Shown here: positions 31,581 to 43,240 of the stretch, piece after piece | Position numbering within the stretch: position 1 is the stretch's first letter | How the letters are laid out: each line of letters begins with the position of its first letter | Assembly (NCBI GenBank): GCA_965213625.1 | Contig: CBDBZU010000004.1 | Coordinates: 1,664,001-1,728,000 of the forward strand | Reading direction: 5' to 3' | Origin: a bacterium | Lineage (GTDB): Bacteria; UBA8248 | Length of the DNA: 64,000 nucleotides | The notes under the pieces: generated by a model | Seen by the model: the letters and a program-made list of their open reading frames with translations, nothing else | Databases searched by the model: none | What the model was told of the DNA's origin: nothing | Position numbers and translations under genes: made by a program

Positions 31581-32551
31581 TTGCGTCGACCTCCGGAATC
31601 CCTGGAAGATTGAGTCTGCGCATCCTGCCCGGCCTCATCTTCTGTCTGCTGGCCTTAGGCGCGGCGAATGCCCAACCGGCGGTTCACGCGCGGCTCGCAG
31701 AGAAATCCCTGCTGATCGACGGCGCATTCGCGGGCGCGCGACTGGTGGTGGTCGGCGAGCGCGGCCACGTGCTGGTATCGGACGATGGCGGCTTGAAGTG
31801 GAAACAGGCCCGCGTACCCGTCCGCGCCCTCCTGACGGCGGTGCACATGCACGATGCGCGCATCGGCTGGGCGGTCGGGCACGACGCCGTCATCCTCCGC
31901 ACCGAAGACGGCGGCCTGACCTGGAAGGTGGCCCATTTCGCGCCCAAAGAAGAACGCCCCCTGCTCGACGTCTGGTTCCGCGACGAGCGGGTCGGCTTCG
32001 CCGTGGGGGCGTATGGTTATTTTCTCAGCACGACCGACGGCGGCCGCACCTGGAAGCCGCGAACCATCGACAAGGATGATTTCCACCTGAACGCCCTGGT
32101 TCCCGCAGGGCCGGGTCGGCTGTTCATCGCCGGTGAGGCGGGCGCGATCTACCGCAGCGACGATGGCGGCGACACCTGGCGCAAGCTCGCCTCGCCCTAC
32201 GCCGGCTCGTGGTTCTCCGCACTCGCGCTCGATGTGAACGAGTTGCTGCTCATGGGCCTCCGGGGCAATATGTATCGCTCAGAAGACGGGGGCGAGAGCT
32301 GGACCCAGGTACGCACGGGGACGAAGGCGACCCTGACGGGAGCGCTCCTTGTGAAGCCCGAACTCATGCTCGTCACAGGCCTCGAAGGCGCCCTGCTCGT
32401 GAGCCGGGACGGCGGGCGCAGCGTATCGACCGACGCCGCCTTCCGGCCGCTGACCTCGCGCCTGGGAGTCTCCAAAGCGCTCGCACTCCCTGATGGGCGG
32501 GTGCTGCTGCTCGGAGAGTTCGGGGCCAGACGCCTGCCCCGGGCCGAATAG
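31577..32551 (+). CDS. YCF48-like BNR-repeat beta-propeller protein
   Basis: VGERGHVL.SDDGG..W and repeated S/TxDGGxTW Asp-boxes. Confidence 0.9.
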   Translation: MIASTSGIPGRLSLRILPGLIFCLLALGAANAQPAVHARLAEKSLLIDGAFAGARLVVVGERGHVLVSDDGGLKWKQARVPVRALLTAVHMHDARIGWAVGHDAVILRTEDGGLTWKVAHFAPKEERPLLDVWFRDERVGFAVGAYGYFLSTTDGGRTWKPRTIDKDDFHLNALVPAGPGRLFIAGEAGAIYRSDDGGDTWRKLASPYAGSWFSALALDVNELLLMGLRGNMYRSEDGGESWTQVRTGTKATLTGALLVKPELMLVTGLEGALLVSRDGGRSVSTDAAFRPLTSRLGVSKALALPDGRVLLLGEFGARRLPRAE

Positions 32552-32561
32552 ACTTTACACC

Positions 32562-34910
32562 ATGCAGGACGCCTCCTCTCCTCCCAAAACATCCCCGGTT
32601 ACGGCCCTGCTCGAGCGCGCGCTGTTCTCACGCCGTTCGTGGGTGCTCGCCGCTTTTCTCATCGTCACGCTGGTGATGGCCTGGCAGGCCACGGGACTGC
32701 GCGTCGACGCAGGCTTCACCAAGCTGGTGCCGCTCGAACACGAGTACATGCGAACCTTCGTGAAGCATCGCGCCGCGTTCGGGGGCGCGGACCGCGTGGC
32801 GGTGGCGCTCGTGGCGCGGGAGGGCGACATCTTCAGCCCGGAGTTCTTCGCCCTGCTACAGAAGGTGAACGACGCCGTCTTCTTCGTGCCGGGCGTCGAC
32901 CGCACACAGGTCTATTCCGTGGTGACGCCGAACGTGCGCTACAACGAGGTGGTCGAGGACGGCATCGTCGCCGGCAACGTGCTGCCGCCTGATTTCAAGC
33001 CGACCAAGGCCGGTTTCGCGCGGGTGCGGGAGAACATCATCAAGGCGGGTATCGTGGGCAGGCTGGTGGCGAACGATTTTTCCGCCGCGCTTGTGAGCGC
33101 GAGGCTCCAGGAGTTTCATCCCGACACCGGTGAGCGGCTCGATTACCTGGAAGTCGCGCGGGCGCTCGAAGCCATCCGAAAAGACGCCGAGGCCGGCGGC
33201 GTGGCGAAAGTCCACATCATCGGGTTCGCGAAAGTCGTGGGCGAGATTGCGGACGGCGCAGCCCAGGTTTTGTTGTTTTTCGGCCTGGCCGTCTTGGTCA
33301 CCGCCCTCTTCGTATACGCCTATACCCGCTCGGTCCGTCTCACGGCGATGCCGCTCGCGTGTTCCCTGGTCGCGGTTGTCTGGCAGCTCGGCGCGCTCAC
33401 GGGTCTTGGCTTCGGCGTCGACCCGATGTCGATCCTGGTGCCGTTTCTGGTCTTCGCCATCGGGGTGAGCCACGGGGTGCAGATGGTGAACGCCGTGCAG
33501 GCCGAAGGGGGCGGCGGCGTTCCCGCCGCGCGGGCGAGCTTCCGCCGCCTGCTGCTGCCGGGCGCCGTGGCGCTTGCGTCCGACGCCATCGGGTTCGTGG
33601 CCATCGCGCTCATACCCGTGCGCGTCATCCAGGAGATAGCCGTCACGGCCAGCCTGGGGGTGGCCGCGATCATCCTGACGAACCTGGGCCTTCTGCCCGT
33701 GGCGCTTTCCTATCTCAAAGCGGAGACGCCGGGGGAGCGCAAGGCTTCGCCCGGACTTCTGGAGGGTCTCTGGAAGCGTGCGGCAAAGGCGGCCAGGCCG
33801 CGACCTGCGATGGTGACGATAGCCGTCGCCGCCGCGCTGCTGGCTCTCGGAGCGCGCTACGCGCCCGAGGTCCGCGTGGGCGACCAGCACCAGGGCGTGC
33901 CGGAGTTGCGCGCAAGCTCCACCTACAACCGCGATACCGCCGCCATCGTCGATCGCTTCAACATCGGCGTGGACGTGCTGACGGTGATCGTGGAGACCAT
34001 ACCGCAAGGATGCGTCGATTACCGCGTGATGCGCCTGATCGACGAGTTCGAGTGGCGCATGCGCAACGTGGAAGGCGTGCGCTCGGTGGTCGCGCTCGCC
34101 GGAATCGTCCGCAAGCTGAACGCCGGCTGGAACGAGGGGAACCTCAAGTGGCGCGCGCTGCCGCGCAACCGACACGCGCTGGCCGAATCGGTCTCCCTCG
34201 TGCCGACGAGCACGGGCCTGCTGAACGGCGACTGTTCGGCGATGCCGGTGCTCATCTACACCGCCGACCACAAGGCGCAGACCATCCGCGGGGTCGTCAC
34301 TGCAGTTAAGGCGTTCAACGAAACAAAGCGCGACGAGCGGGTCGCCTTCCGCCTCGCTGCGGGAAACGTCGGCGTGATGGCGGCGACGAACGAGGAGATA
34401 GAGGCGTCGCAGTTCCCGATTCTGGGCTACGTGTACGCCGCTGTAATCCTGCTCTGCCTGATCTCGTTCCGATCGGTGGCGGCGACCGTCTGCATCGTCG
34501 CGCCCCTGGCGCTCGTCTCCCTCCTCGCCTACGCGCTGATGGCGTTTCTGGAAATTGGCTTAAAGGTCTCCACCCTGCCTGTGGTGGCGCTGGGCGTGGG
34601 CATCGGCGTGGACTACGGGATATACATCTGCGGGCGGCTGCTCTCCTATATGAGAGAGGGGCTCGATTTCGCCGCCGCCTATGAGCGGACGCTCGCCACC
34701 ACCGGGGCGGGCGTGGTGCTCACCGGCCTCACGCTGGCCGTGGGTGTGGCGACCTGGATTCTCGCGGCGCTCAAGCTCCAGGCCGACATGGGCACGGTGC
34801 TCTCGTTCATGTTCCTGGTGAACATGGTGGGCGCCATCGCGCTGCTGCCCGCCCTGGGCGCGTTCTTGATGAAGGGGAAGCGGGCGAGGGGTAAGGGAGT
34901 GGGGGAGTAG
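32562..34910 (+). CDS. RND/MMPL family transporter
   Basis: Two TM bundles, LVFAIGVSHGVQ, LGVGIGVDYG, QADMG. Confidence 0.9.
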   Translation: MQDASSPPKTSPVTALLERALFSRRSWVLAAFLIVTLVMAWQATGLRVDAGFTKLVPLEHEYMRTFVKHRAAFGGADRVAVALVAREGDIFSPEFFALLQKVNDAVFFVPGVDRTQVYSVVTPNVRYNEVVEDGIVAGNVLPPDFKPTKAGFARVRENIIKAGIVGRLVANDFSAALVSARLQEFHPDTGERLDYLEVARALEAIRKDAEAGGVAKVHIIGFAKVVGEIADGAAQVLLFFGLAVLVTALFVYAYTRSVRLTAMPLACSLVAVVWQLGALTGLGFGVDPMSILVPFLVFAIGVSHGVQMVNAVQAEGGGGVPAARASFRRLLLPGAVALASDAIGFVAIALIPVRVIQEIAVTASLGVAAIILTNLGLLPVALSYLKAETPGERKASPGLLEGLWKRAAKAARPRPAMVTIAVAAALLALGARYAPEVRVGDQHQGVPELRASSTYNRDTAAIVDRFNIGVDVLTVIVETIPQGCVDYRVMRLIDEFEWRMRNVEGVRSVVALAGIVRKLNAGWNEGNLKWRALPRNRHALAESVSLVPTSTGLLNGDCSAMPVLIYTADHKAQTIRGVVTAVKAFNETKRDERVAFRLAAGNVGVMAATNEEIEASQFPILGYVYAAVILLCLISFRSVAATVCIVAPLALVSLLAYALMAFLEIGLKVSTLPVVALGVGIGVDYGIYICGRLLSYMREGLDFAAAYERTLATTGAGVVLTGLTLAVGVATWILAALKLQADMGTVLSFMFLVNMVGAIALLPALGAFLMKGKRARGKGVGE

Positions 34911-34985
34911 GGGCAAACACGATAGATGGATGAGTGTTGAAAAACCTCACAAAAAGAGCGCGGTGAATTTCACTCCCCCCTTGAG

Positions 34986-36505
34986 GGGGCTGTTGAAAAA
35001 GCCCCGGCATTGTGATTGGGTGTAATGACACTATCTCGCCCGAGATGGGAGTTCCCTCGATGATAGGCAGCAAGAGGCGCGAGCAGATGGATTTGTTCGT
35101 GGCCGGTTCGCTGGAACGGCTGATCCCCGAGGATCACGTCCTGATGCGCGTGGACCACGTACTGGATTTGAGCTGGCTACGGGAGGAGGTGGCGGATTGC
35201 TATTGCGCGGATAACGGTCGTCCGGGGATCGACCCGGAGGTGGCGCTCCGCTTGATGCTGGCGGGTATGTTGCTGGGCTACGTACACGACCGTCGCCTGC
35301 TTCGCGAGGCGCGTGCGCACCTGGCGATCCGGTGGTTCATCGGGTACGGGCTGCACGAGGAGTTGCCGCATCATTCGAGCCTGACGCGGATACGTCAGCG
35401 CTGGGGGGAGGCACGGTTCAAGGAGATATTCCGTCGCACGGTGCAGGCTTGCCTGGAGGCGAATGTGGCGAAGGGGGAAGTGGTGCACGTGGACGCCTCG
35501 TTGATACGCGCGGACGTGAGCTGGGAGAGCCTGGCGGCGCACCACGCGGAGAAGGTGATTCAGGAGAATCCCGTCGATGATGAGGTCGGGAAGAAGGGAG
35601 GAGGCCGCGGTGGCGGGGGTCCGGTGAGCCGGACGGACCCGGACGCGCGGCTTGCGCGCAAGAGCGCGCGGGCGGGGTTCGAGCCGAGCTACAAGCAGCA
35701 CGCGGCGGTGGACGATGAGCGGGGTGTTGTTCTCGACGTGTCGGTGACGGAGGGGACGCGGAACGAGCGTGAGATGATGGCGTCCCATATAGAGGCGGTA
35801 AGCGAGTTGTCGGGCCGCACGCCGGAGATGGTGACGGCGGATTCGGGGTACGCGTACTCGAAGGTTTACGGCGAATTGGAGCGGCGGGGCGTGGAAGCGC
35901 TGATACCAGCGAAGAAGGAACCCAGCCAGAGCCGTGTTCCGCTGCAGTTGTTCCACTACGACGCGCGCAACGAGGTGGTGAAGTGTCCGGGAGGCAAGAC
36001 GCTGCGCCCCCGGCAGGCGACGGAGCGGGGGCGCTCCTATGTATCGAAGACGCGGGATTGCGCGGGCTGCGCGCTCAGGCCCGATTGTCTGTCGAAGTCG
36101 CGCACGAGCAGGACGGTGTTGATTCCGCACGCGTATCCGGCGCTGTTGCGCGCGCGTCGGCGGCATGCGCGCTGGGGGGAGGAGGAGAAGCGTCTCTATG
36201 GCCGCCACCGTTGGCGCTCGGAGGGCTACCACGGCGAGGCGAAGAGCCGGCACGGACTGGGGCGGGCGGTGCGCCGGGGCCTTGCGAACATGCGGATCCA
36301 GTCCTACCTGACGGCGATAGCGGTGAACCTCAAGCGGCTGGCCGCCGCTTTTGCGGCGCGTATATTCGCCTTGTGGACGGCCTGTGCCGCCCGGAGACGC
36401 CGGCTGCGCGCACATGGCGCCCTCACGCGCCGATTGGGCTGCCTCCCCGCCGCCGCGTGAGCCGCCAAAACGCCCGCTTCCAACACCGGGTTTTTCAACA
36501 GACCC
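34986..36505 (+). mobile_element. IS1182-family insertion sequence
   Basis: IRs GGGGCTGTTGAAAAA and TTTTTCAACAGACCC (14/15). 5-bp target duplication TTGAG at 34981-34985 and 36506-36510. Confidence 0.9.
35060..36460 (+). CDS. IS1182 family transposase
   Basis: L..LIPEDH, GRP.IDP, WF.G...P.HSSL, VDAS, S.TDPDAR, ADSGY, CP.G..L, C.GC.LR..C, E....EAK. Confidence 0.9.
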   Translation: MIGSKRREQMDLFVAGSLERLIPEDHVLMRVDHVLDLSWLREEVADCYCADNGRPGIDPEVALRLMLAGMLLGYVHDRRLLREARAHLAIRWFIGYGLHEELPHHSSLTRIRQRWGEARFKEIFRRTVQACLEANVAKGEVVHVDASLIRADVSWESLAAHHAEKVIQENPVDDEVGKKGGGRGGGGPVSRTDPDARLARKSARAGFEPSYKQHAAVDDERGVVLDVSVTEGTRNEREMMASHIEAVSELSGRTPEMVTADSGYAYSKVYGELERRGVEALIPAKKEPSQSRVPLQLFHYDARNEVVKCPGGKTLRPRQATERGRSYVSKTRDCAGCALRPDCLSKSRTSRTVLIPHAYPALLRARRRHARWGEEEKRLYGRHRWRSEGYHGEAKSRHGLGRAVRRGLANMRIQSYLTAIAVNLKRLAAAFAARIFALWTACAARRRRLRAHGALTRRLGCLPAAA

Positions 36506-37345
36506 TTGAGGGGGAGTCGAAGAGTTGAGGGCGTAAGCCCGAAAGCGATTCGGTGGGGGGTATAACTCGGAGTGGCGATAAAACGAGATACACCCCCCAC
36601 CGAATCGGCCTTCGCATAAACCGCTCGGCCTCATCGACTCCCCCTCAAGGGGGGAGTGATTCTTCTCTCTCCTCGGCAGGTAATATACGCCCGGTCTCGA
36701 AACCAGAACTGTTTCAACAACCCCCTCAAGGGGCTGTTGAAAAGGCCTCGTCTGCGACCCTCGCAAACCGTTAACACCTCTTTCCTCACCCTGAGTAGCG
36801 GCGAAGCCGCGTATCGAAGGGCGCTCCCTCGATACGGCGCGCAAGCGCGCCTACTCGGGATGAGGGGGGAGTGATTCCCGAACCGCGCCTTACAGAAACG
36901 ACGTGCGACCGCTCCCTCCTCGGTCGGGCCATATCCTCCCGCATCGGAGTTGTTGAAGAAGATATTGTTTCCCCCCGGTCGGCGACATGATGATCCCGTA
37001 GCGGACAGGCTCAGGGCAGGCCCTTCGGTACAAACGCTCCTTTCTCAGTGGCGTTCTACCTTCGGCGGCTACTCAGGGTGAGGGTGATATGACGGCTGCT
37101 CAAGGTGAGAAAAATAAAAAATTCCCTCATCCCGAGCAGGCCCGCAAGGGCCGTATCGAGGGACGCCGCCATAGGCACAGGGGCCTGTCCCTACCAAAAA
37201 CGGTCTATGCGTTTTCTGGTTCGTCATTCCGGCATGCGCCGGAATGACGGTGAGTAATCTCGATTTGAATTGGAAGGAAGCCCCCGTCAGGACAGGCCCC
37301 CGCGCCGTCTTCATTCCTCGGTCATCATTACCCGCAAGGGCGGTT
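36506..37345. repeat. Cluster of REP-like palindromes and IS1182-type MITE ends
   Basis: ACTCCCCCTCAAGGGGGAGT, back-to-back ends TTTCAACAACCCC-CTCAA-GGGGCTGTTGAAAA, CTGAG..GAAG units, CGTCATTCCGGC..GCCGGAATGACG, AAGGGCGGTTCGCGAACCGCCCTT. Confidence 0.7.
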
Positions 37346-37392
37346 CGCGAACCGCCCTTGCAGCCGATGAACCGAAGATGGACTCCTCCGCT

Positions 37393-38217
37393 CTAAAGCG
37401 GCGGGGCGGTCGCCTTGATGGTGACGGACACCTGTTGAAAGGTTTTTACGAACCTCGTGGTGTTCGCCGCGATGGCCTCGAAGATTTTCTCTCCCTTCTC
37501 AGCCGATGCCAGAGTGGCCGCGCCGCCGACCCCCATCGCTTCGCGGTTTTGTCCGTATTCCTCCATCGTCGGCGGAAAGGAGAGTTTTGGATTTTCGACC
37601 CGGTTGACGGCGTGGTCCACGGAGACGAAGCGGTGCTCGAATTCGCCCACCTCGGGTATGGCGTCCACCGCGCGCTCCATCCGCACCTGTTCCCCGTACT
37701 TGTAGAGCATGAAGGAGGTTTCTGATTCGCACCCGTGGCCGACGCCTCCCGGGGGACTCTCGCAAACGTCGCGGATTTCCTTGCCGGCGATGAGGGCCAG
37801 GTCCACGATGGCGACCGCCGCGCCTGTTAAGTTCCTCACCCGCACGACGGCGATCTCTATCGGCGGGAGGTTCGCGACCCGGTGGCCGTTCAAGATAACG
37901 ATATGCTTGAAGCCGTGAACCACGAGGCTGTTGCATACGTCCTCGACGACGCGCGTGAGCGTCTCCGCGGCGATCGATATCGTACCCGGAAACGCGAGAT
38001 GATGCGGCGACCACCCGAACCACAGGGGAGCGGCGATAAGGGCGTCCGCCCGCCCGGCCACTTCTTCCGCGGTCGCGATGGCCTCGGCCGCGTCCGTTCC
38101 CAGCGGGCAGTGCGGCCCGTGCTGCTCCGTGGCGCCGACGGGCACGAGCGCCGTACTCCCGCGCTCCAGGTATTCCGCCACGTCCGGCCAGGTGAGTTCC
38201 TGTATCCAGCGGCTCAT
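37393..38217 (-). CDS. Creatininase family amidohydrolase
   Basis: LTW..V, PVGATEQHGPH.PLGTD, G.SPHH..FPGTI, NGH..N, GHG.E.ETS, A.AEKG. Confidence 0.9.
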   Translation of the reverse strand: MSRWIQELTWPDVAEYLERGSTALVPVGATEQHGPHCPLGTDAAEAIATAEEVAGRADALIAAPLWFGWSPHHLAFPGTISIAAETLTRVVEDVCNSLVVHGFKHIVILNGHRVANLPPIEIAVVRVRNLTGAAVAIVDLALIAGKEIRDVCESPPGGVGHGCESETSFMLYKYGEQVRMERAVDAIPEVGEFEHRFVSVDHAVNRVENPKLSFPPTMEEYGQNREAMGVGGAATLASAEKGEKIFEAIAANTTRFVKTFQQVSVTIKATAPPL

Positions 38218-38252
38218 GAATTTTCTCCTCGTTGTCTTCCGGCTCTTTTCAG

Positions 38253-38720
38253 TTACGACGTGGGCTCCACCCACCCCGACCAGCTGCGCCTTAAGGCCTC
38301 GCATTCGGCCACGCGAACCCCCGTGACGAGCGCCACGGATTGATTCCCCATCTCCAGGAGTTTTTCGACGGAATAGTCTCCATAGTCGGTCCGCCCCATT
38401 TCCGCGTGGCGCGCGCCCAGGACGAGCGTCTCGACCTTCGCCAGGACGATGGCCCAGCAGCACATCGGGCAGGGCTCCATCGCCGTGTAGAGCGTCGAGC
38501 CGGGCAGGTCGGGCGCGCCCAGTTCGCGGCATGCGTTCCGGATGGCGTCGGTCTCGCCGTGGCAGGTGGGGTCGTTGTGGGAGACGGCGCGGTTCTGCCC
38601 CCTGCCGATGATTTCTCCGTCCCTCACGATGATGGAGCCGACGGGCGGGTTCCCCGCCTCGAGCGCGAGACGGGACTCCTCGAGCGTCAATCCCATGAAG
38701 TGATGATGATCTTCGGTCAT
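38253..38720 (-). CDS. Zn-dependent nucleoside/nucleotide deaminase
   Basis: P.GS.IV, DPTCHGE..AI, EPCPMC. GGAGG RBS before MTEDHHH. Confidence 0.85.
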   Translation of the reverse strand: MTEDHHHFMGLTLEESRLALEAGNPPVGSIIVRDGEIIGRGQNRAVSHNDPTCHGETDAIRNACRELGAPDLPGSTLYTAMEPCPMCCWAIVLAKVETLVLGARHAEMGRTDYGDYSVEKLLEMGNQSVALVTGVRVAECEALRRSWSGWVEPTS

Positions 38721-38765
38721 TGAAGTTCCTCCAGGCTTAAGGCGTGATGAACAACGCAGGCGTCT

Positions 38766-38970
38766 GAGAGCGCGCGCCCGCCGAACCCCGGTGGACGTTC
38801 GCTCGATGCGTACTCCAATCAGGATGCCCGCCCCGAGATTCAGGCGCCCCTCCCGACCCTTGCGCGGGTTCCATGAGACTTGAGGCGTATTTTCCCACCG
38901 ATCGGCCTTCGATGCGAACGGGCGCGGTTCGAAGACTCCTGAACCTGGAGATGCGCCGTGGAGCGCTCTC
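38766..38970. ncRNA. Putative rod-shaped structured RNA, possibly 6S RNA (strand uncertain)
   Basis: Intergenic 205 nt closed by GAGAGCGC/GCGCTCTC, with inner stems CGAACC/GGTTCG and CGTTCGC-TCGA/TCGA-GCGAACG. Confidence 0.45.
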
Positions 38971-39306
38971 GAAAATCGCCCCGGATTCATGGAGAGCGCG
39001 GGCGCATTTTCGCGCATTTGCCCTTGGCGGCGAGGTTTCGGGTCGGTTATGGTGGCGCTGCCCAAAGAAGTCGAAACGGAAAATGAATTTCTGAAAAATT
39101 CGATAAATTTGGATAAATTCACGGGGTTATTCGATAAATAACCGTTCATTGATTTCCTGGGAAAGGACGCCGCCAGGTTGCAGCGCAGCGCAGGGGAATT
39201 CTGCCATGGTCCACGTCTTGCGCGATGACGGCAAATGCGCGGAATTGCAGGGCGGAATTTCTCCTGTCGGCCGCGCTTCGCATGCCCATATAAGAGGTTG
39301 TTCTTT

Positions 39307-39783
39307 ATGAGGGTATTCGTGCGATCCATTTCGATAACCGGCTTTGTCTGCGCCGCAGCGCTCGCCTGCGGCCTGATCCCGCCGCCATCCGCCGCCGCCC
39401 GGAGCTTCGAGAAGGGGGTGGTGCGCATCACCCAGGAGGGGCGCGAGGCCGCGGTTTCGGTGGAGATCGCCCGCAACGCCAAATCCCGCGCACAGGGCCT
39501 CATGAACAGGGAGCGGCTGGCCGAAAACGCCGGTATGCTCTTTGTTTACAAGGATGATGCAAGGCGGTTCTTCTGGATGAAGAACACGTTGATTCCCCTC
39601 TCGCTGGCCTTCATCGACTCGAAGGGCGTGATTCTCGAGATCATCCACTTGCAGCCCCACAAGCCGGGGACGCGGATTCCTTCCTACCGCTCGCGCAACA
39701 AGGTTCGCTGGGTGCTGGAGGTGAACCAGGGCTGGTTCTTGAGAAACGGCTTCGGGCTGGGCGCGCGCGTATTTCTGGAGTGA
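39307..39783 (+). CDS. DUF192 domain protein
   Basis: VEIA....R.QGLM.R, GMLF, FWMKNT.IPL..AFI, VLEVN.G. Confidence 0.9.
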   Translation: MRVFVRSISITGFVCAAALACGLIPPPSAAARSFEKGVVRITQEGREAAVSVEIARNAKSRAQGLMNRERLAENAGMLFVYKDDARRFFWMKNTLIPLSLAFIDSKGVILEIIHLQPHKPGTRIPSYRSRNKVRWVLEVNQGWFLRNGFGLGARVFLE

Positions 39784-39790
39784 GAGCGGG

Positions 39791-40861
39791 CTATACCTTC
39801 GCCGCCGCAGGCGCTTTCTCGCCCAGGGGCAGGAGGGGCATGACCTGGGATGCGAATCGCTCCATTTCTTCGAACATGGGATGGAACTGGAGCAGGAACA
39901 ATTCCACACCCGCCTCATGAAACGCCATGATGCGCTCGGCGATGGTCTCAGGCGAGCCGACGAGGCCCGTCGCCGTGCCGCCGTTCGAGCCCACGCCGCC
40001 CCCCTTCGCGCTCGTTTTCTTGTGCTGGGCGGCCTTGTCGACCCCTTTGAGCTTGGGCGTTTCGGTGATGAGCGAGAAAAGGCGCGCGAGTTCCGCCCGG
40101 GCCTCCTCGTCAGTGTCGCGGCAAACGATGAACGAACTCATCCCGTGGCGTATGGCTCTCTCATTGGCTCGCGCCTCATGGTTCACGGCGGCCATCAATG
40201 CCTTCGCGTCTTCGAGCGGACGGCCGTTGTACAGGAAAACGTCCGCGGCTTTGCCGGCCAGCTTCACGGCGGCGGTCGATTCGCCCCCGAAATAAAACGT
40301 GGGCCAGGGCTTTCGGACGGGCTTTGGGGCTGTGACGCCGTCTATTATCTCGAAATACTTGCCCTTGTAGCTGAAGCATTCCTTCGTCCAGTAGGATTTG
40401 AGGATGTGCATGACTTCTTCGGATAGATCGTAGCGCTCATCGTGCGGGGGGAAGGGGATGCCCGCCATCTCGTTTTCCTGCCCCCACCAGCCCGAGACGA
40501 TGTTGATGGCGAATCGTCCCCCGCTGATGCAGTCGATGTTCGCCCCCATCTGGGCGACGAGCGAGGGGTGGCGGTAGGCGCTCTTGGCGGCGACGATGAG
40601 TTCGATTTTCTTCGTGATGGGCGCCAGCGCCGCCGCGGTGATCCAGGCCTCCAGAACCGGCGCGCCCAAGCCCTTGATGCTGTTGAGGCTCCTATCCAGT
40701 AAGAGGGTGCTTTCGAAGCCCAACTCTTCCGCCCGTTGAATATAGCGTGCATTGTGGGCGAAGGAGGCCTCTTTCACCGTTTCGGGCTTTTCGATCCGCC
40801 CCAGAAACGTGCCCCACACGGGCGCCCACACACCCATTCTCAGCGTCATGACGACTCCCAT
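39791..40861 (-). CDS. LLM-class monooxygenase (SsuD/SfnG-like)
   Basis: AEELGF, LEAW..AAAL, GGRF.INIVSGWW, HDERY, YFGGES, GLVGSPE. Confidence 0.85.
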   Translation of the reverse strand: MGVVMTLRMGVWAPVWGTFLGRIEKPETVKEASFAHNARYIQRAEELGFESTLLLDRSLNSIKGLGAPVLEAWITAAALAPITKKIELIVAAKSAYRHPSLVAQMGANIDCISGGRFAINIVSGWWGQENEMAGIPFPPHDERYDLSEEVMHILKSYWTKECFSYKGKYFEIIDGVTAPKPVRKPWPTFYFGGESTAAVKLAGKAADVFLYNGRPLEDAKALMAAVNHEARANERAIRHGMSSFIVCRDTDEEARAELARLFSLITETPKLKGVDKAAQHKKTSAKGGGVGSNGGTATGLVGSPETIAERIMAFHEAGVELFLLQFHPMFEEMERFASQVMPLLPLGEKAPAAAKV

Positions 40862-40933
40862 CTACTCGGTTCGATAAGTGGAATTTATCATTAATCGGAT
40901 GCCGAAGTCTTGTGGGGGTTTACGAAACTGGAC

Positions 40934-40970
40934 AAAAAACCCCGCCCGGGTATGGGCCCAGGCGGGGTTT
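40934..40970 (-). terminator. Rho-independent terminator after thiC
   Basis: AAACCCCGCC.GGG...CCC.GGCGGGGTTT with a T-run on the minus strand. Confidence 0.7.
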
Positions 40971-40997
40971 GGTGTGATGTGGTCGTTAGAGTTCGGC

Positions 40998-42791
<1,794 letters not shown>

Positions 42792-42900
42792 TCAGATTGG
42801 AATTCACCGGCTTCATACAGGAGAAGGATGAAGCTTTCCCCGCGCGATGAATTCTCTTTATTCACATGTGGCGAAGGGAAAACAGAGGATGTGGAAGACC

Positions 42901-42980
42901 TGTCGCTTCCCTACGCCGGCGCTAACCGGTTCAGGTTCGAAGGGTTTGTTCTCAGCCTGCAAGGCACCCCCAGCGAACTT
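42901..42980 (-). promoter_or_regulatory. TPP riboswitch
   Basis: Minus strand GGGGTGCC..GGCTGAGA..ACCC..GAACCTGA.CCGG..A..CCGGCGTAGGGAAG upstream of thiC. Confidence 0.93.
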
Positions 42981-43240
42981 TCAATCTCGAAGATTAGCAG
43001 TCGTTACGCCGCGAGTCAAAAGGAAAACCATATGAGAAGGACGATTTTATCGACGTTTCCGGTGGCGGGGCGGAAATTTTGTTGTCATGATGGCGGCATG
43101 ATGATTCGGATGTTTATGAAATTACCTGGGCCAGGCCGCAACACCGGGAGCCTTTTCATACGATTACCGTTCTATTCCGGGCGGTTGTCCACGCCTTGGC
43201 GGTAGGCCCGATAGTTCAGGCAACGGATGAGAGAGGACGA

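Noticed and set aside
38721-39503. Apparent long N-terminal extension of the deaminase ORF
   Set aside because: Non-protein-like sequence running across the structured RNA candidate and DUF192; the RBS supports a start at 38720.
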